Translations under genes and position numbers: made by a program
The notes under the pieces: generated by a model
Databases searched by the model: none
Seen by the model: the letters and a program-made list of their open reading frames with translations, nothing else
What the model was told of the DNA's origin: nothing
Shown: positions 34,610-44,035 of the stretch, in pieces
How the letters are laid out: every line of letters starts with the position of its first letter
Position numbering within the stretch: position 1 is the first letter of the stretch
DNA from: an uncultured Candidatus Rokubacteria bacterium
GTDB lineage: Bacteria > Methylomirabilota > Methylomirabilia > Rokubacteriales > CSP1-6
Direction: 5' to 3'
NCBI GenBank assembly: GCA_963771355.1
Contig: CAVYTA010000006.1
Span: 1,568,001-1,632,000 of the forward strand
Length of the DNA: 64,000 bases

Positions 34610-34641
34610 GGCTTGGCCTATCCCCAGCATAGCGCTCCGGT

Positions 34642-35799
34642 CTAGGCGATACGTCGGCCGAGCGGCCGGAAGATAAGTCGCCCCGAAACCACGAGGGCGC
34701 CCGCCCCGACCAGGGCCACGAAATAGCCGGCGAGACGCTCTCCGAGAAGCCCGCTCAGCACGGGACCGAGGAAGACGGCAGAGTCCATGCCCACGCGGTA
34801 CAGGCCGGTGCGCCAGGCCAGCCCGGTCACGCCCATGTGCTCGCGGATGATGCCGAGGGGCAGCATCCATCCCGCCAAACCCATCCCGAAACAGGCGCAA
34901 CCCGCGACGAAGAGGGGAAAGCCGCCGAGCCCGGTGCCCAAGGTGCCGAGCGCGAGCACGGCCATCACCGCGCCGAGCACGGGGACACGCCCCACGCGGT
35001 CCGCGAGTCGGCCCACCGGCAGCAGCACGATGAGATCCACGATCTGGGCCAGCGCCATGAGAATGGACACGCCGCCCCGTCCCAGGCCGAACTCACGGGT
35101 GCCGCGCAGCGGGATCAGGAACTGGCTCACCGACGACCAGGCCAGCGCCATGAGCATGCCCACGCCGAGCATGAGCCAGAACACGCGCTCATCACGCGGG
35201 GCGGCCGCACCGGCCGCGACTTCCGCCCCGCGTGGAGGGGAAACCGCCGGCGGCGTGGGAGGAAAGCGGCGAAGGAGCGCCCGCCCGAGCACGGGACCGA
35301 TGAGCAACGGGGCGGCGGCCACGGGGAGCGAGAGATTCCAGGGCCAGTGGGCGGGGAGAATCCCCATCAGCGTCAGCCCGCCCAGGATGCCGAGCATCCC
35401 GGAAAACTCGAAGAGATTGAGGCGGAACGAGCCCCCCGCGCCGCCGTCGTGCTGGAGGAGGGCGGTGATGCCGCCGACCATGAGGAGGGTATGGCCGATG
35501 CCCATGAGCGCGCGGCCGAGTACGAGCAGCGGGAAGGAGGGGGCGAGGACGAGGCAGAGGAGACCGGCGGCGAGGAAGACCGGCGACAGCACCAGGCTCA
35601 GGGCGACGTGCCGCCCGGCGAGGAGGCCGGCGGGGGCCGCCCCCGCCATCCGCGCGAACCCGAACGCGCCTGCCACCACTCCGAGCTGCCAGTCCGCGAG
35701 TCCACGCGTCTGCGCGATCTCAGGCAGGACGGGACCGAAGGCGCCTACGAGGAAGGTGTTGCCAGCCATCAGCAGGCACAGAAGCGCCGTGCCGCTCAG
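34642..35799 (-). CDS. MFS transporter (start uncertain: CTG overlapping upstream TGA, or ATG 35769)
   Basis: About 12 TM segments, GRLADRVGR. Confidence 0.78.
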   Translation of the reverse strand: MSGTALLCLLMAGNTFLVGAFGPVLPEIAQTRGLADWQLGVVAGAFGFARMAGAAPAGLLAGRHVALSLVLSPVFLAAGLLCLVLAPSFPLLVLGRALMGIGHTLLMVGGITALLQHDGGAGGSFRLNLFEFSGMLGILGGLTLMGILPAHWPWNLSLPVAAAPLLIGPVLGRALLRRFPPTPPAVSPPRGAEVAAGAAAPRDERVFWLMLGVGMLMALAWSSVSQFLIPLRGTREFGLGRGGVSILMALAQIVDLIVLLPVGRLADRVGRVPVLGAVMAVLALGTLGTGLGGFPLFVAGCACFGMGLAGWMLPLGIIREHMGVTGLAWRTGLYRVGMDSAVFLGPVLSGLLGERLAGYFVALVGAGALVVSGRLIFRPLGRRIA

Positions 35800-36680
35800 G
35801 GCGTGAATGGGGGGGCGTCTCCAAAGGGATAGAAGGGCGGCATGTCCTTGCTCGGTCGCATGGTGAACCGGGGCGGGCGCTTCTCGAGGAAGGAGGTGAC
35901 GCCTTCGCGCGCGTCCGCCGATCGTCCCATGTACTCCATGCCGCGCGAGTCGAGGCGATGTCCCGCCATGGGATGGTCGGCGCCGAGCAGCGTCCACATC
36001 ATCCGCCGCGCCAGCGCCACCGACACCGCGGAGGTATTGTCGGCGATCTCGCGCGCGAGAGCCCGGGCGGTGGGGAGCAGCCGGTCCGGCTCGACCACGC
36101 GGCTCACCAGGCCCCCCGCCAGCGCCTCCGTGGCCGGAAACACGCGGCCGGAGTACACCCACTCCGCGGCCTGATTGATGCCGACGATTCGGGGCAGGAA
36201 CCAGGTGCTGCCGGCCTCGGGCACGACGCCGCGCCGGCTGAAGACGAAGCCGATCCGCGCCGCCGTGGACGCGATGCGGATGTCCATGGGCAAGGTCATG
36301 GTGGCGCCGAAACCCACCGCGGGCCCGTTGATGGCGGCGATCACCGGCTTCTTCATGTCGAAGACGCGCAGCGTGAAGAGCCCGCCGCCGTCCCGATGCG
36401 GCTCGGCCGCCGGGCCGTCTTCGCGGGCGGCGCCCCGAGGGGCGCGCGCCGCCACGTCGAAAGTCCGGGCGCCCGCGGAGAGATCGGCGCCCGCGCAGAA
36501 GGCGCGCCCCGCTCCGGTCACGATCACCACCCGGATCGCGTCGTCGGCATCGGCCCGCTCGAAGGCCTCCAGCAGCTCGCGCAGCATGGTGCGAGTCAGG
36601 GCATTGAGCGTGGCGGGGCGGTCGAGGGTGACGGTGAGGACGCCATCCTCGACTTCGTAGCGAAGCTCCTGGAAGTCCAT
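35796..36680 (-). CDS. enoyl-CoA hydratase/crotonase family protein (in frame with the upstream regulator)
   Basis: AFCAGADL, KPVIAAING, GVVPEAG; own GGGAG RBS and ATG 36680. Confidence 0.85.
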   Translation of the reverse strand: MDFQELRYEVEDGVLTVTLDRPATLNALTRTMLRELLEAFERADADDAIRVVIVTGAGRAFCAGADLSAGARTFDVAARAPRGAAREDGPAAEPHRDGGGLFTLRVFDMKKPVIAAINGPAVGFGATMTLPMDIRIASTAARIGFVFSRRGVVPEAGSTWFLPRIVGINQAAEWVYSGRVFPATEALAGGLVSRVVEPDRLLPTARALAREIADNTSAVSVALARRMMWTLLGADHPMAGHRLDSRGMEYMGRSADAREGVTSFLEKRPPRFTMRPSKDMPPFYPFGDAPPFTP

Positions 36681-38129
36681 CAGGCTCCCGGGCGCTCGAT
36701 GCCGCCGGGCTCGCCGGAGGCCGGCCTCCTCGTCTTCCGCCGCCTTGAGCTTGCGGAACACGGTCTTGGGATCGATGCCGAGCAGCTTGGCGGTGAGAGT
36801 CTTGTTGCCGCGGGTCATGCGCAGCGTCTCTTCGAGCATCCGCTGTTCGACCTCCGCGAGGGGGGTCCCCACGCGGATACGCAGCGTCCCTTCCCCGCCG
36901 CTCTCGCCCGCCGTCCCCTCGCCCAGCGCGGGACGCTCGAGCACAATGGCGTTCTCCGTGATCTTTTCGGGAAGATCGCCCACCTCGACGGTGTTGGCGC
37001 GCGCCAGCACCACCGCCCGCTCCACCACGTTCTCCAGCTCCCGGACATTGCCCGGCCAGGCATAGGCCTCGAGGCAGCGGAGGGCGTCGTCCGAGAAGCC
37101 CACCAGCGCGCGGTTGTTCTTCGCCGAATAGACGCGCAGGAAGTGCTGGGCGAGCACGGCCACGTCCTCGCGCTTCTCCCGCAGCGGCGGCGCCGTGACC
37201 GCGATCACGTTCAGCCGGTAGAAGAGGTCCTCGCGGAACCGCTTCTCCTTGACGAGAACGGCGAGGTCCTGATTGCTGGCGGTGACGATGCGCACGTCGA
37301 CCTTGATGGTCCGGGTGCCGCCCAGCCGCTCGAATTCACCCTCCTGCAATACTCGCAGGATCTTGGGCTGGGTCACCGGTGAGAGGTCGGCCACCTCGTC
37401 GAGGAAGAGCGTACCCCCGTCGGCCAACTCGAAGCGGCCCTCTTTCCGTCCCGCCGCGCCGGTGAAGGCACCCCTCTCGTAGCCGAACAGCTCGGATTCC
37501 AGCAAGGTCTCCGGCAGGGCGGCGCAGTTGACGGCCACGAAGGGACCCGCGCGCCGCGGGGAGCGATCGTGAATGGCGCGCGCCACCAGCTCCTTGCCGG
37601 TCCCGCTCTCGCCGTGGATGAGCACGGTGGCGGAGCTGTTGGCCACCTGATCCACCAGCGTCATCATGGCCCGGAAGGCCGGGCTCACCCCGATGAGGTT
37701 GCCCTGGGCGAGAAGATCGTCCAGGCGGCGCTGGAGAGCCAGGTTCTGCGCGATCAGCTCTCGGCGCTCGAGCGCCTTGCGGATGACGCGGATCAGCTGG
37801 GCGCGCTGGAAGGGCTTGGTGAGGAAGTCCACCGCCCCATCCTTCATCGCCGTCACCGCCTCCTCGACGGTGCCGAAGGCGGTGAGCAGGATCACGTCGA
37901 CGTCGGGCACCGCCGACTTGACCTCGCGCAGGAGCTCGAGCCCGGTGAGGCCCGGCATGCGCAGGTCGGAGAGGAGCAGGTCCACCCCGCCCTGGCGCAG
38001 GCGATCGAGCGCGGCCTGGCCGTCGGGGGCGAGCACCACGGTATAACCCTCGCGCGCGAGGGTGCGCTCCAGGCTCTGCCGCACCGCGGGGTCATCGTCG
38101 GCGACGAGAAGGGTGGCGGGCTCAGCCAC
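36681..38129 (-). CDS. sigma54-dependent response regulator; no stop before the crotonase (reads through to 35796)
   Basis: ADDD, SDLRMP, GESGTGKE, GAFTGA, Fis HTH. Confidence 0.85.
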
Positions 38130-39432
38130 GCTCGATCCTCTTGACGGGCAGCGCAATCATGAACGTGGTCCCCTCGCCGGGTTGACTCGACCACCGCACC
38201 TGGCCGCCGTGCTCCTCGGCGATCTGCCGCGTGATGGACAGTCCGAGGCCGGTGCCCTGCGGCTTGGTGGTGAAGAACTGCTCGAAGAGCCGCTCGCCCA
38301 CCTCGGCGCTGATGCCGGGGCCGGTGTCGGTCACCGCGATCTCCACGGTGTCGTCGAGCCGCCGCGTGGTCACGGTGAGGGCGCCGCCCTGAGACACCGC
38401 CTCGAGCCCGTTCTTGATGAGGTTGAGCACGGCCTGGCGGAGGAGCGTCCGGTCGATGGTCATGGGCGGCACCGTGGCGTCGGTGCTGACGTCGAGGGTG
38501 ATACCCTGCCGGGCGGCCAGCGGGCGCACGAACTCCGTCACCGCGCCCACCATGTCGTTCACCGAATCCTCCTCGAACTGGGCCCGCGGGAAGCGCGCAA
38601 AGGCCAGATACTCCTCGGTGAGCGCGTCGAGCGCTCCCACCTGATCGCGAATGGCAACCACCAGCCCCTTCGCTTCCACCATCTCCGCCTCGCCCCGCCC
38701 TCCCACGATGTCCCCCAGCAGCTCGGCGTTGAGGCCGATGGCGGCGATGGGGTTGCGCACCTCGTGGGCCATCTTGAGCGAGAGCCGCCCCACCGTGGCC
38801 ATTCTGTCCGCCAGCAACAGCTCCTGCTGCGCGGCCTGAAGCCGGGTGAGGGTGCCGGTGAGCTCGTCGTTGAGCCGCTCGACCTCGTTGCGGCCGCGCC
38901 GTTCGCGCGCGGCCACATGCGCGATGGCGAAAGCCGGCAGCCCGAAGAAGGCAACCAGGATCATGACCGGCACCCAGCCCACCCAGGGGGGTACGAGCCA
39001 CGAGGAGGCCGCGAAGAGCAGGCCGGCCACCACCGACAGCACCAGCCCCACCGCGCGGCCGAAGTAGTAGGCGTTGATGGCGAGCAGGGGAAAGAAGAGG
39101 AGATAGTAGAGGCTGTCGCCGCCGCCGGTCAGGAACAGCAGCGCGAACACGATGAGAAGATCCACCGCGAGCGCCCCGCTGAAGATGAAGCGCGTGGCGC
39201 GGGGATTCACGGTGACCAGCGCCAGGATGCAGGCCTTGTAGGCGGCGAACCAGAGCACGAGGGAAAAGAGGTCGAAGCGATAGCGCGGGCGCAGCGGGGC
39301 CAGGCCGAGGGTGGCCAGACCACCGACCATGACGACAGCCAGCAGGAAGGCGAACAGGCGCTCGTCCCGCTCGAGCAGGCGGAAGACGGCGGCCCATGGG
39401 TTCCGCGCCAAAGACGTCATACGCTCTTCCAT
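38122..39432 (-). CDS. membrane sensor histidine kinase
   Basis: N-terminal TM helices, AHEVRNP, NLIKNG, DTGPGI, GTGLGL. Confidence 0.88.
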   Translation of the reverse strand: MEERMTSLARNPWAAVFRLLERDERLFAFLLAVVMVGGLATLGLAPLRPRYRFDLFSLVLWFAAYKACILALVTVNPRATRFIFSGALAVDLLIVFALLFLTGGGDSLYYLLFFPLLAINAYYFGRAVGLVLSVVAGLLFAASSWLVPPWVGWVPVMILVAFFGLPAFAIAHVAARERRGRNEVERLNDELTGTLTRLQAAQQELLLADRMATVGRLSLKMAHEVRNPIAAIGLNAELLGDIVGGRGEAEMVEAKGLVVAIRDQVGALDALTEEYLAFARFPRAQFEEDSVNDMVGAVTEFVRPLAARQGITLDVSTDATVPPMTIDRTLLRQAVLNLIKNGLEAVSQGGALTVTTRRLDDTVEIAVTDTGPGISAEVGERLFEQFFTTKPQGTGLGLSITRQIAEEHGGQVRWSSQPGEGTTFMIALPVKRIERG

Positions 39433-39443
39433 CCGCCCGACCA

Positions 39444-40883
39444 CTATAGCGCGTTCGAGGGGGCTTGGGCGCGCGGCTCCTCCGGGGCCGGCGCGGATGG
39501 GGCCGCCCCCCGCACCTCCTCCCGCCGCAGCAGCGGCACCGCCAGCAGCGGCACCAGACCCAGGAGCCCGACGATGATCATGAGGCGCCCCAGGCCCTCG
39601 TAGCTTTCCTGCGTCACCGCAAACGCGGTGTTGAGGTAGCGGGTGAAGAGCTCGCTGGCCGACAGGGCCAGGTTCATCAGCGAGGCCATGATGGCGAACA
39701 TGGTGGCCTCCGCCCCCGGCGGCGCGGTCCGGGCGATGAGCACCAGCATGGGGACCATGGCGAGCTGGCCGAGCGGCGCCGAGATGGTGGTGTCGATGAA
39801 CGCGAAGGTCCGCGGGCTGAGTCCCAGCCACTCGTTGACTCCGTAGTAGAGGCCGATGCTCGGCAGGTAGAGGATGAAGCTCGCCACGCTGACCCAGGTG
39901 ATGGTGAAGCTCACCGGCCGGCGTGCGATCGGCTTGCGGAAGAGGATGAGGCCCACCAGGCTCAGCACCGACGACACCTGGGCGAGCAGGCCGAGGAACT
40001 CCGGATCGAACTTCAGGTGGTCGATGACCCAGTAGCTATAGCCCTGCCCCACACCCGGCACCGCCCGATAGAGAAAGATCACGAAGGCGGATACCGCGAC
40101 CGCGCGCGACAGGCCGATCCGCTGGAGGAGCAGCACGATGAGGGTGCCGGACACCGCGAGGACGATCTCCTGGGCGAACGGCACCGCGAGGGCCTCGAGG
40201 CCCACGCTGAAGGCGGCATACGCGAGCCCGCCGATCAGCACCATCCGCGCGCGCCCTCCCCCCAGGGGACCCTCCTCCCGCGCCGCCGGGGCGCGCTCGG
40301 ACGGGCGAACGAAGAGCGCCGCCAGCGCGACCGTGACCGGCAGCAGGGCCGCGAGCGCGAACACCGGACGGGGGCCCAGGAGCCCGGTGAGCACCCCGCT
40401 GGCGTAGCCCACGCTGATGGTGCCCACCAGCAGGGCCATCCGGCCCAGCGTCTGGAGATGGGCCATCTCCTCGTCGGTCCGGGCCACTTCCACCGAGAGC
40501 GCGTCGGCCACGACGTCCTGAATCATGAAGCCGACCGCCACCAGCACCACCGCGGCGAGATAGGCGGTCTTGCTCGAGACGCCGGTGGCGAGGTAGAGGT
40601 AGCCCCCGAACGAGCAGAGCGCTCCCAGGAGGAGATAGGCCTTCCGTCGACTGCCCAGGATGGGATAGACGTCGGACGACACGCCGACCACCATCTTCAT
40701 GCTCCAGGGCAGGCCCACCCAGAACGCGATGGCTGCCGCCTCCGCCGGCGTGATGCCCAACGCCTCCTTCTGGAAGTAGAGCGCGGCCAGGCTGGTGATC
40801 CCGCTCGCGCCATAGGCGAAATAGGTGAGGAGGACGGGAAGGTACGCGACCTTGAGTGTCTTGAGCGAAGCGGGCGCGGGCAC
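39444..40883 (-). CDS. BT1-like folate/biopterin-family MFS transporter
   Basis: LPWSMK...SD.YPI.GSRRKAY, DVVADA, EATMFA..ASLMNL. Confidence 0.75.
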   Translation of the reverse strand: MPAPASLKTLKVAYLPVLLTYFAYGASGITSLAALYFQKEALGITPAEAAAIAFWVGLPWSMKMVVGVSSDVYPILGSRRKAYLLLGALCSFGGYLYLATGVSSKTAYLAAVVLVAVGFMIQDVVADALSVEVARTDEEMAHLQTLGRMALLVGTISVGYASGVLTGLLGPRPVFALAALLPVTVALAALFVRPSERAPAAREEGPLGGGRARMVLIGGLAYAAFSVGLEALAVPFAQEIVLAVSGTLIVLLLQRIGLSRAVAVSAFVIFLYRAVPGVGQGYSYWVIDHLKFDPEFLGLLAQVSSVLSLVGLILFRKPIARRPVSFTITWVSVASFILYLPSIGLYYGVNEWLGLSPRTFAFIDTTISAPLGQLAMVPMLVLIARTAPPGAEATMFAIMASLMNLALSASELFTRYLNTAFAVTQESYEGLGRLMIIVGLLGLVPLLAVPLLRREEVRGAAPSAPAPEEPRAQAPSNAL

Positions 40884-40951
40884 GCCTGAAGTTTACCGCA
40901 TCCATGGCGCGCGCCTTGACGGGTCCGTCCCGGCCGGGTAGGTTCGGGCGC

Positions 40952-41629
40952 ATGCCCCTCCTCGGCCACGCCATTCTCGCGATCTGGAACGACATCGCCC
41001 CCGGCGGCGACGCCGAGTTCAACCACTGGCACATCAGCGAGCACTTCCCGGAGCGGTTGAGCGTGCCGGGATTCCTCCGCGGCCGGCGATACGACGTGGC
41101 CAGCGGGACGCCGGCCTACTTCACCCTCTACGAGACAGAGTCGGTGGACGTGCTCCAGAGCCCGGGCTACCTCGCCCGCCTCAACGCGCCCACTTCCTGG
41201 ACCACGAAGTGCATCCAGCTCTTCCGGAACAACCGCCGCACCGCCTGCCGCAACACGGTGTCCCTCGGGCAGGGCGTGGGCGGGGCCCTGGCCACCCTGG
41301 AGCTGGGCCCGGCCGCCGGCGGTGACGAGACGCTCCGGGCCTGGCTCACCGCCACCGCCCTCCCCGCCCTCGCGGGCCGTCCCGGCATCACCGGCGCCCA
41401 CCTCTCAGAGGCCGACGTCGAGATGACGGTGGTGCGGACGGCGGAGAAGAAGCTCCTGGACAAGCCCGATACGCTCGCCCGCTGGGTGGTGATGGTGGAG
41501 GGTCTCGACACGGAGACCGTCGCCGGCGCGTGCGGGGCCGTGCTCGGGGACGAGGTCCTCACGCGGCACGGGGCGGCGCCCGACCGCTCCCTCGCCGTGT
41601 ATCGCCTCGTCTACACCCTCGGCGGCTGA
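40952..41629 (+). CDS. hypothetical protein (EthD/DUF4286-like tandem domains)
   Basis: FNHWH..EH..ERL..PGF...RRY; preceded by TTGACG-17-TAGGTT. Confidence 0.6.
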   Translation: MPLLGHAILAIWNDIAPGGDAEFNHWHISEHFPERLSVPGFLRGRRYDVASGTPAYFTLYETESVDVLQSPGYLARLNAPTSWTTKCIQLFRNNRRTACRNTVSLGQGVGGALATLELGPAAGGDETLRAWLTATALPALAGRPGITGAHLSEADVEMTVVRTAEKKLLDKPDTLARWVVMVEGLDTETVAGACGAVLGDEVLTRHGAAPDRSLAVYRLVYTLGG

Positions 41630-41640
41630 GCCGGACCGCG

Positions 41641-43044
41641 TCAGTCCAGCGGCGGCCGGCGGCGGTGCCAGTCCGTCGCGCGCTCGTACGCGTGCCCGGC
41701 GCGCAGCACGGCGGCCTCGTCGAACGGCCGCCCCACGATCTGCATGCCGAGCGGCAGGCCACTCGCCGCGAAGCCACAAGGCAGCGCCAGCACCGGCAGG
41801 CCGAGGCCGTTCCACGGCCGCGTCAGGCGCGAGAATCGCCCCATGCGCGCGGCGACGGCCTCCCCTTCCCCCGCGGTGGCGTCGGCCAGCGTGGGGGCAG
41901 GCTCGGGAATGGCGGGCAAGACCAGAAGGTCGGTCTCCGCGAAAACCTCGTCGTTGAACCCGCGCGCCAGCCGCGCCCGCAGGCGAAGGGCCTGGAGATA
42001 GTCGTGCGCCGAGAGGCGCGTGCCCACCGCGAGCCGCGCCCGCACCGCAGGCTGCAGCTCGTGCGGACGCTCGCGGAGAATGCGGGAGTGTACCGCCGCG
42101 CTTTCCGCGCGCGCGATGAGGCTGCTCACGTCGTGGATGACCTGGGGATCGGGAAGCCGGAGCGACGTCACCCGGGCGCCCAGGCGCTCGAAGGTCACGA
42201 GCGCGGCCTGCGTGGTCGCGGCCACCTCGGACGCGACGCCATCGAGGTAGTAGTTCTCCGGCATCGCGATCCGCAGGCCGGCGATCGACCGCTCGAGCTC
42301 GGCCAGATAGCCCGGCACCGGGCGTGGGCTCGAGGTGGCGTCCTGGGGATCGGGCCCGGCGATGACTTCCAGCAGCAGGGCGACGTCGGCCACCGTGCGC
42401 GCCATGGGCCCGATGTGGTCCATCGCCCAGGACAACGGCATCGCTCCCGCCCGGCTCACCCGGCCATAGGTGGGCTTGAGCCCCACGATGCCGCAGCAGG
42501 CAGCGGGTAACCGGATGGAGCCGCCGGTGTCCGTACCCAGCGCGCCCAGGGCCAGCCCCGCCGCCACCGCTACCGCCGAGCCGCTGGAGGAGCCTCCCGA
42601 CACGTGACCGGCGCGCCAGGGGTTCTGCGCGTCGCCATGGTGCGCGTTGTCGCCGAAGGGACCGAGCGCCAGCTCCGCCATGTTGAGCTTGCCGAGCGTG
42701 TTCGCGCCCGCCTCGACCAGGCGGGCCACCGCGGTGGCGTCCCGCTCGGCGAAGAAGTACTCCGCGGTCTTGGTGCCGCATGACGTCGGGAGACCGCCGA
42801 TGTGAAAGAGGTCCTTGTGGGCGAGCGGCACCCCGTGCAGCGGGCCGCGCCAGCGACCGGCGGCGGCCTCCGCCTCGAGCTCGCGTGCGCGGGCCAGGGC
42901 TCCCGCCGCATCCACCGTGATGTAGGCACGCAGGCGGCCGTCGAGACGCTCGATGCGCGCCAGGCACTGCTGGGCAACTTCGACGGGTGAGATCCGCCGC
43001 GCGCGGATGGCCGCGGCCAGCGCGGCGATGGTCCAGTCGGTCAT
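41641..43044 (-). CDS. amidase-signature family protein (GatA-like)
   Basis: GPLHGVP..HKD, GGSSSGS, GTDTGGSIRLPA. Confidence 0.9.
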   Translation of the reverse strand: MTDWTIAALAAAIRARRISPVEVAQQCLARIERLDGRLRAYITVDAAGALARARELEAEAAAGRWRGPLHGVPLAHKDLFHIGGLPTSCGTKTAEYFFAERDATAVARLVEAGANTLGKLNMAELALGPFGDNAHHGDAQNPWRAGHVSGGSSSGSAVAVAAGLALGALGTDTGGSIRLPAACCGIVGLKPTYGRVSRAGAMPLSWAMDHIGPMARTVADVALLLEVIAGPDPQDATSSPRPVPGYLAELERSIAGLRIAMPENYYLDGVASEVAATTQAALVTFERLGARVTSLRLPDPQVIHDVSSLIARAESAAVHSRILRERPHELQPAVRARLAVGTRLSAHDYLQALRLRARLARGFNDEVFAETDLLVLPAIPEPAPTLADATAGEGEAVAARMGRFSRLTRPWNGLGLPVLALPCGFAASGLPLGMQIVGRPFDEAAVLRAGHAYERATDWHRRRPPLD

Positions 43045-43253
43045 CGCGCGGCGGACCGGCGGGATGCTCCGGGGCGCGGATCCGGCAGCGGCGCCGCCTC
43101 GTCCGGCGCAGCCGCCTCGAGCGCGGCGGCGAAGCGCGCGGGCTCCTCGACCAGGGACAGGTCGGCCTCCGCCCGCTCGATCACCGCCGCCATGCCCGCC
43201 ACTTCCGCGCGGGCGGGATCGCGGGGGCCATCCGGCACGGCGGGCGTGCTCAC
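43041..43253 (-). CDS. small protein coupled to amidase (possible GatC/AtzG-like accessory)
   Basis: Fills the gap exactly, with GTGA and ATGA overlaps at each end; acidic DLSLVEEPA segment. Confidence 0.45.
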   Translation of the reverse strand: MSTPAVPDGPRDPARAEVAGMAAVIERAEADLSLVEEPARFAAALEAAAPDEAAPLPDPRPGASRRSAAR

Positions 43254-44035
43254 CGCTCGGCCCGCGCGCGGCAGTCCGCGAGCATCGCGATGAGCGTGGA
43301 CCGCGCCGCCTCCAGCGAGGTGACCTCGGCGGGGAAGGCGATGCGCCGGGCGGTGAGCTCGGACCCGCGGCGGATGCGGAGCCGGAAGCCGAGCCGGTCC
43401 ACCGCCACCATCTCCGCCGCGTCCGCGGGGATCCCGCCGAGCACGCGGGCGAACACGAGGAGCGCGTCCGCGTGGTCGCGGTTCATGTGCTCGATGATGC
43501 TCGCCGCGCCCTCCGCGAGCGGATCGGGCCGAGCGGCGGCATAGGCCTCGGCGCCCACCCAATCCATGGCGGCGAACCCGCCCACGAAGTAGACCTCGGC
43601 CACTTCGAGACGCCAGAAGGCGAAGTCGTCGAAGTCCACCCAGGCGGCCGCCTCGGGATGCCGCTCGAGATAGCGCGCGCGGACGGCGGGGAGATCCGGC
43701 GCGGCGAGCGGTCGTGCCTCGCCCACCAGGGTGGCGCGCGCGGCGGCCAGCGGATCGTCCGCCCGGCCCGGCTGGGTCACGAGCAGACTCGCCCGGCGAT
43801 CGGCCTCCAGGTTGCGCGTGTGCATGGCCATGCCGCTGATGAGGACGAGGGGCCGGCCGCGCTCGTCGGGAGCATATGGCATCACCGAGCCGAAGGGATG
43901 GCCTGGGTGCCGGCGGGACAGTGTGGAGAGCGCGCCGGTGCGCGCGACGTGCACGAGGGTGCGGGCCCGCTCGGCGTAGCTGGGCTCGGCGGCGGCGGGG
44001 ACCGTGGGCGCGCTGGAATCCGCGTGCTGACTCAT
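43250..44035 (-). CDS. HugZ/pyridoxamine-oxidase-like protein with DUF2470 domain
   Basis: HPFGS, HTRNL, YFVGGFA, IIEHMNRDH, VDRLG. Confidence 0.82.
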   Translation of the reverse strand: MSQHADSSAPTVPAAAEPSYAERARTLVHVARTGALSTLSRRHPGHPFGSVMPYAPDERGRPLVLISGMAMHTRNLEADRRASLLVTQPGRADDPLAAARATLVGEARPLAAPDLPAVRARYLERHPEAAAWVDFDDFAFWRLEVAEVYFVGGFAAMDWVGAEAYAAARPDPLAEGAASIIEHMNRDHADALLVFARVLGGIPADAAEMVAVDRLGFRLRIRRGSELTARRIAFPAEVTSLEAARSTLIAMLADCRARAER

